A stretch of DNA of 61,541 nt, the filler included, from Candidatus Babelota bacterium (GTDB lineage Bacteria > JAGOBX01), in assembly GCA_017999075.1 (NCBI GenBank). It is 11 parts of 11 records of this genome, joined end to end, with 100 filler letters (N's around TTAATTAATTAA, not from the genome) between each part and the next. Parts side by side here need not be neighbours in the genome. Positions count along the whole stretch, not along the records: positions 58,789 to 61,541 come from JAGOBX010000553.1; 10 more parts are not named here. One strand, given 5' to 3'. The translations under genes were made by a program, and so were the position numbers. Within the stretch, counting starts at the first letter, position 1. Every line of letters starts with the position of its first letter. This document shows positions 58,789-61,541 of this stretch, piece by piece. The notes under the pieces were generated by a model. The model ran no database searches, was not told the origin of the DNA, and was given only the letters and a program-made list of their open reading frames with translations.

Positions 58789-59803
58789 GATTATTGGTTG
58801 CGTTCAAATCCAGAATGATTTTTTTGCTTATATGCAAAATATCTTGTCCACGTTCTTTTAAACAAGGCAAGTAAATGTTTCCTATATTTATACGATAAAA
58901 TAATTCACTCCTGAAATTACCAGCGGCAATTTCTTTGGTTAAATCCTTGCTTGTGGCTGTTATTAATCTAAAATCAGATTTTTCCAACGAATTTGAACCT
59001 AATGGATAAAATTTTTTTTCTTCGATTACCTTTAACAGTTTCACTTGATTTGGGATACTCAAATCACCGATTTCATCTATAAATAATGTTCCGCCATCAG
59101 CACTTTTACAAAGACCTTGCTTATTGTCGTTCGCACCTGTAAAAGCGCCTTTTATATAACCGAACAATTCACTTTCAAAAAGATTATCAGGAATTGCATT
59201 GATATTGATTGAAACAAAATTTTTATTTTTTCTTGAACTTGTTTTGTGTATTGCTTCGGCTAATAATGTTTTACCTGTCCCAGATGCGCCTGAAATAAAA
59301 ACAGAACAATCGCATTTTGCTAAACGGTATGAATAAAGTAATATTTTTTTTAAGTTTAAATCAACTGTAAAAATATTATTAAATTCAGAAGGCTGATTAA
59401 AATCCTGATTCGTAGTAAATATTGCAAGATTATTTTTAAGTAAATAATGTTCATACGCGCTGTTAACCGCAGCAGTTATTAAAGATTTTGTTATTGGTTT
59501 AAGAATATAATTAAATGCTCCCGCTTTAAGGCACTCGACAACCATAGGCACATCTGTTACCGCAGTAAATACAATAAATTCGGATTTAATGCCTTTTTTC
59601 TTTGCTTCTTCAAGAATTATGTTTCCATTTTTTTCAGGCATCATTAAATCAATAATAACAATATCATAAATATTTCTATGAATTTCGTGCTCGCCTTCAA
59701 GAGCATCACTGCATATTGTTATATCTTCTATCCCTTCAAATTCAAGGATTTGCTTAATAACATTGCACAGTGATTTTTCATCATCTATGATTAGTATTTT
59801 CAT
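58789..59803 (-). CDS. Sigma54-dependent response regulator (NtrC family), 3' truncated
   Basis: REC domain (IIDDE, IDLMMP, KP); GASGTGKT, ESELFG, GAFTGA, GGTLFIDEI, FRSELFYRI. Confidence 0.92.
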
Positions 59804-59812
59804 TTGCTTGTT

Positions 59813-59935
59813 TTAACTCCTTTTATTATAATAAAAGGCACAGAGGCATAAAGTTTTTTGGGGGTAAATTTCAGTAACCAACTTAATACTTTTCTGACAC
59901 ACAATCAAATCTCTGTAAGTTTTAATTTTATCCAT
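59813..59935 (-). pseudogene. Truncated four-helix-bundle (23S rRNA IVP/TIGR02436-like) gene remnant
   Basis: MDKIKTYRDLIVCQKSIKLVTEIY matches the family N-terminus (YRDL.VWQKS..LV.EIY); the frame then runs into the repeat arm and stops at 40 aa. Confidence 0.7.
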
Positions 59936-59972
59936 AACTTTGCTCTTCTACCCCTCTGCCCCTATGCCTTTT
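59833..59972. repeat. Inverted arms made of degenerate 8-mer units flanking the remnant
   Basis: Left arm AAAA-GGCACAGA-GGCATAAA-G; right arm (reverse complement) AAAA-GGCATAGG-GGCAGAGG-GGTAGAAG-AGCAAAG. Confidence 0.6.
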
Positions 59973-59974
59973 TC

Positions 59975-61541
59975 CTAAACTTTCTTAACCGGTAATTTAA
60001 TAATAAATTCCGTTCCTTCGCCTTCTTTTGAATTTACAAATATTTCGCCGTTATGCTCTTTAATAATTCCCCAGGCAATAGATAATCCAAGTCCAGTGCC
60101 GCCGCTGTTGAATTTAGTTGTATAAAATGGTTCAAATATTTTATCTATGTTTTTTCGAGAAATTCCCTTGCCATTATCTATAATATGAAATTCAATGTGT
60201 TCACTTCCTGATAAATTACAACTTATTTTTATTCTACCGATAATTGAATCTATAATTGCGTCTGCTGCATTTGTCATCAAATTAATAAATACCTGTTCGA
60301 TTTTAACTGAATTGCAGTATAACATTGGTAAATTATCAGGTATGTCAAATTCAATATGCGAAACTCTTTTGCGGACAGCTCCGCCGCATATTAAATATGC
60401 TTTCTCAATAATTTCCTTAATAGAATAATATTCCTTACAGCTTTCTACTCCTTCACGTGAAAAATCTTTCAGGTTATCGACTATAGTTTTAATTCGATTG
60501 CTTCCGGTATTTAATTCACTTATAATCGATTTTATATTATTTATTATTTTATCAGTCTTTTTTGTTTCAATATTCTGTTGAAGTTTTTGATATTCGTCAA
60601 ATATTGGTTTTAAATGTTTCCAATAGTCTTCAAGCAGTGTAACATTAAGCATAATCAGGCAATTGGGATTATTTATCTCATGGGCAACGCCCGCAACAAC
60701 TTGGCCAAGAGATGCCATTTTAATATTTTGAAAAACCTGCATCTGCTGTTTTTGCATTTCTTTTTCAATTTTTACTTTTTCTGTAATATCAATTAAAACT
60801 CCCTGAATATAACTTTTATTTCCGTTATCGTCCTTAATAATATTCGCTTTATCTTCAAAAAAACATATCTCTCCGTTTTTTTTTATAACGCGAAACATTA
60901 AAATAAATTCATCTATTCCATTTTTTAAATAATTTTCAACTTCATTTTTTATCCTCGTGAAATCTTCTGCAGAAATAACAGTTGTGGTCTTTTCTTTAAC
61001 TGAATAAAATTCTTCCGGAGAATAACCCAAATTTTTCACATTATCCGATACATATTTCACAGAAAAAAAATCATCAATTCTACATAATACAACAATTATA
61101 TCGCTACGATTAATAATATATTCAAATTCTTTTAATTTATTGTAGGCGTTCTGTAAATTAATTTGAAAATTTTTTCGTTCTGATATATCTGATACTATGC
61201 TTAAATAGAATTCTTCATCATTTATTATTATGGGAATCCAATTCATTGATGCATAAAAAAGAGAACCGTCAAACTTTTTTAGTTTTACCTCATAATCAGT
61301 TAATGGTTTATTTTTGTTGAATAATTTTACAATTTCCTCGCGTTCTTCTTTATTAGCATAAAAATATGACGCATTTGATTTTAAAATTTTTTCTTTATTT
61401 GGAAAATTGAAAATTTTAATAAAACTCTCATTTGTTTCCAGTAAAGTTCCATCAATTTTTGTTATGGCTATTCCTATTGAGCTGCTTTTAAATATTGTTC
61501 GAAATTTTTGTTCGCTTTCTTTCAACAATATTTCTATTTTT
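59975..61541 (-). CDS. PAS-domain sensor histidine kinase (NtrB-like), 5' end outside the window
   Basis: Two PAS/PAC domains; MASLGQVVAGVAHEINNP, QVFINLMTNA, DNGKGI, FYTTK, GTGLGL. Confidence 0.92.
   Translation of the reverse strand, partial: KIEILLKESEQKFRTIFKSSSIGIAITKIDGTLLETNESFIKIFNFPNKEKILKSNASYFYANKEEREEIVKLFNKNKPLTDYEVKLKKFDGSLFYASMNWIPIIINDEEFYLSIVSDISERKNFQINLQNAYNKLKEFEYIINRSDIIVVLCRIDDFFSVKYVSDNVKNLGYSPEEFYSVKEKTTTVISAEDFTRIKNEVENYLKNGIDEFILMFRVIKKNGEICFFEDKANIIKDDNGNKSYIQGVLIDITEKVKIEKEMQKQQMQVFQNIKMASLGQVVAGVAHEINNPNCLIMLNVTLLEDYWKHLKPIFDEYQKLQQNIETKKTDKIINNIKSIISELNTGSNRIKTIVDNLKDFSREGVESCKEYYSIKEIIEKAYLICGGAVRKRVSHIEFDIPDNLPMLYCNSVKIEQVFINLMTNAADAIIDSIIGRIKISCNLSGSEHIEFHIIDNGKGISRKNIDKIFEPFYTTKFNSGGTGLGLSIAWGIIKEHNGEIFVNSKEGEGTEFIIKLPVKKV

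Noticed and set aside
997-60796. Many 60-190 aa ORFs antisense to or overlapping larger genes (e.g. 997-1239, 14022-14390, 30368-30739, 38759-39331, 53468-53938)
   Set aside because: They are shadows of well-supported genes and have no recognisable motifs.
1-61541. CRISPR arrays, rRNA, transposases, prophage genes
   Set aside because: None seen in this window.

Overview
This window is not one locus. It is 11 AT-rich bacterial contigs or contig pieces (probably a MAG) joined by ten artificial 100-nt linkers (N44-TTAATTAATTAA-N44), so adjacency only means something within a contig. Lnt, two secretins, MlaE, a GmhB-like fragment and FliE point to a diderm, probably flagellated, bacterium. C1 (1-12917): three tandem periplasmic binding proteins, a ktrB-ktrA-degenerate RCK-kdpD-kdpE potassium locus, lemA and DUF2207. 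C2 (13018-25810): pstSCAB behind an RHH protein, an AlkP-superfamily enzyme, class III aminotransferase, methyltransferase, and a hydrolase/divergent alanine racemase-like/radical SAM-SPASM operon after an AsnB-like gene. The small contigs carry an SGNH hydrolase, a TPR protein, a birA end, an aspartokinase with a DUF2294/MpsC-like tail, NusG-II/Gx transporter, a DHS-like gene, two secretin-ATPase pairs, yahF/yahG-like genes with CHAD, uvrB/mlaE, and a PAS kinase/sigma54 regulator pair. C8 (40349-52971): a MarR-led surface polysaccharide cluster, a membrane-anchored Schlafen/AlbA_2 protein, lnt, aphA, fliE and tRNA-Asn. Best leads: the Alr-like + rSAM/SPASM operon, the TM-Schlafen protein, the aspartokinase fusion, a shared C-terminal LGY motif on the RHH and AlkP proteins, KdpDE coupled to Ktr, and a truncated four-helix-bundle gene with inverted 8-mer arms. 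One contig end is Nextera adapter read-through. All family calls come from recognising motifs by eye; no database searches were run.
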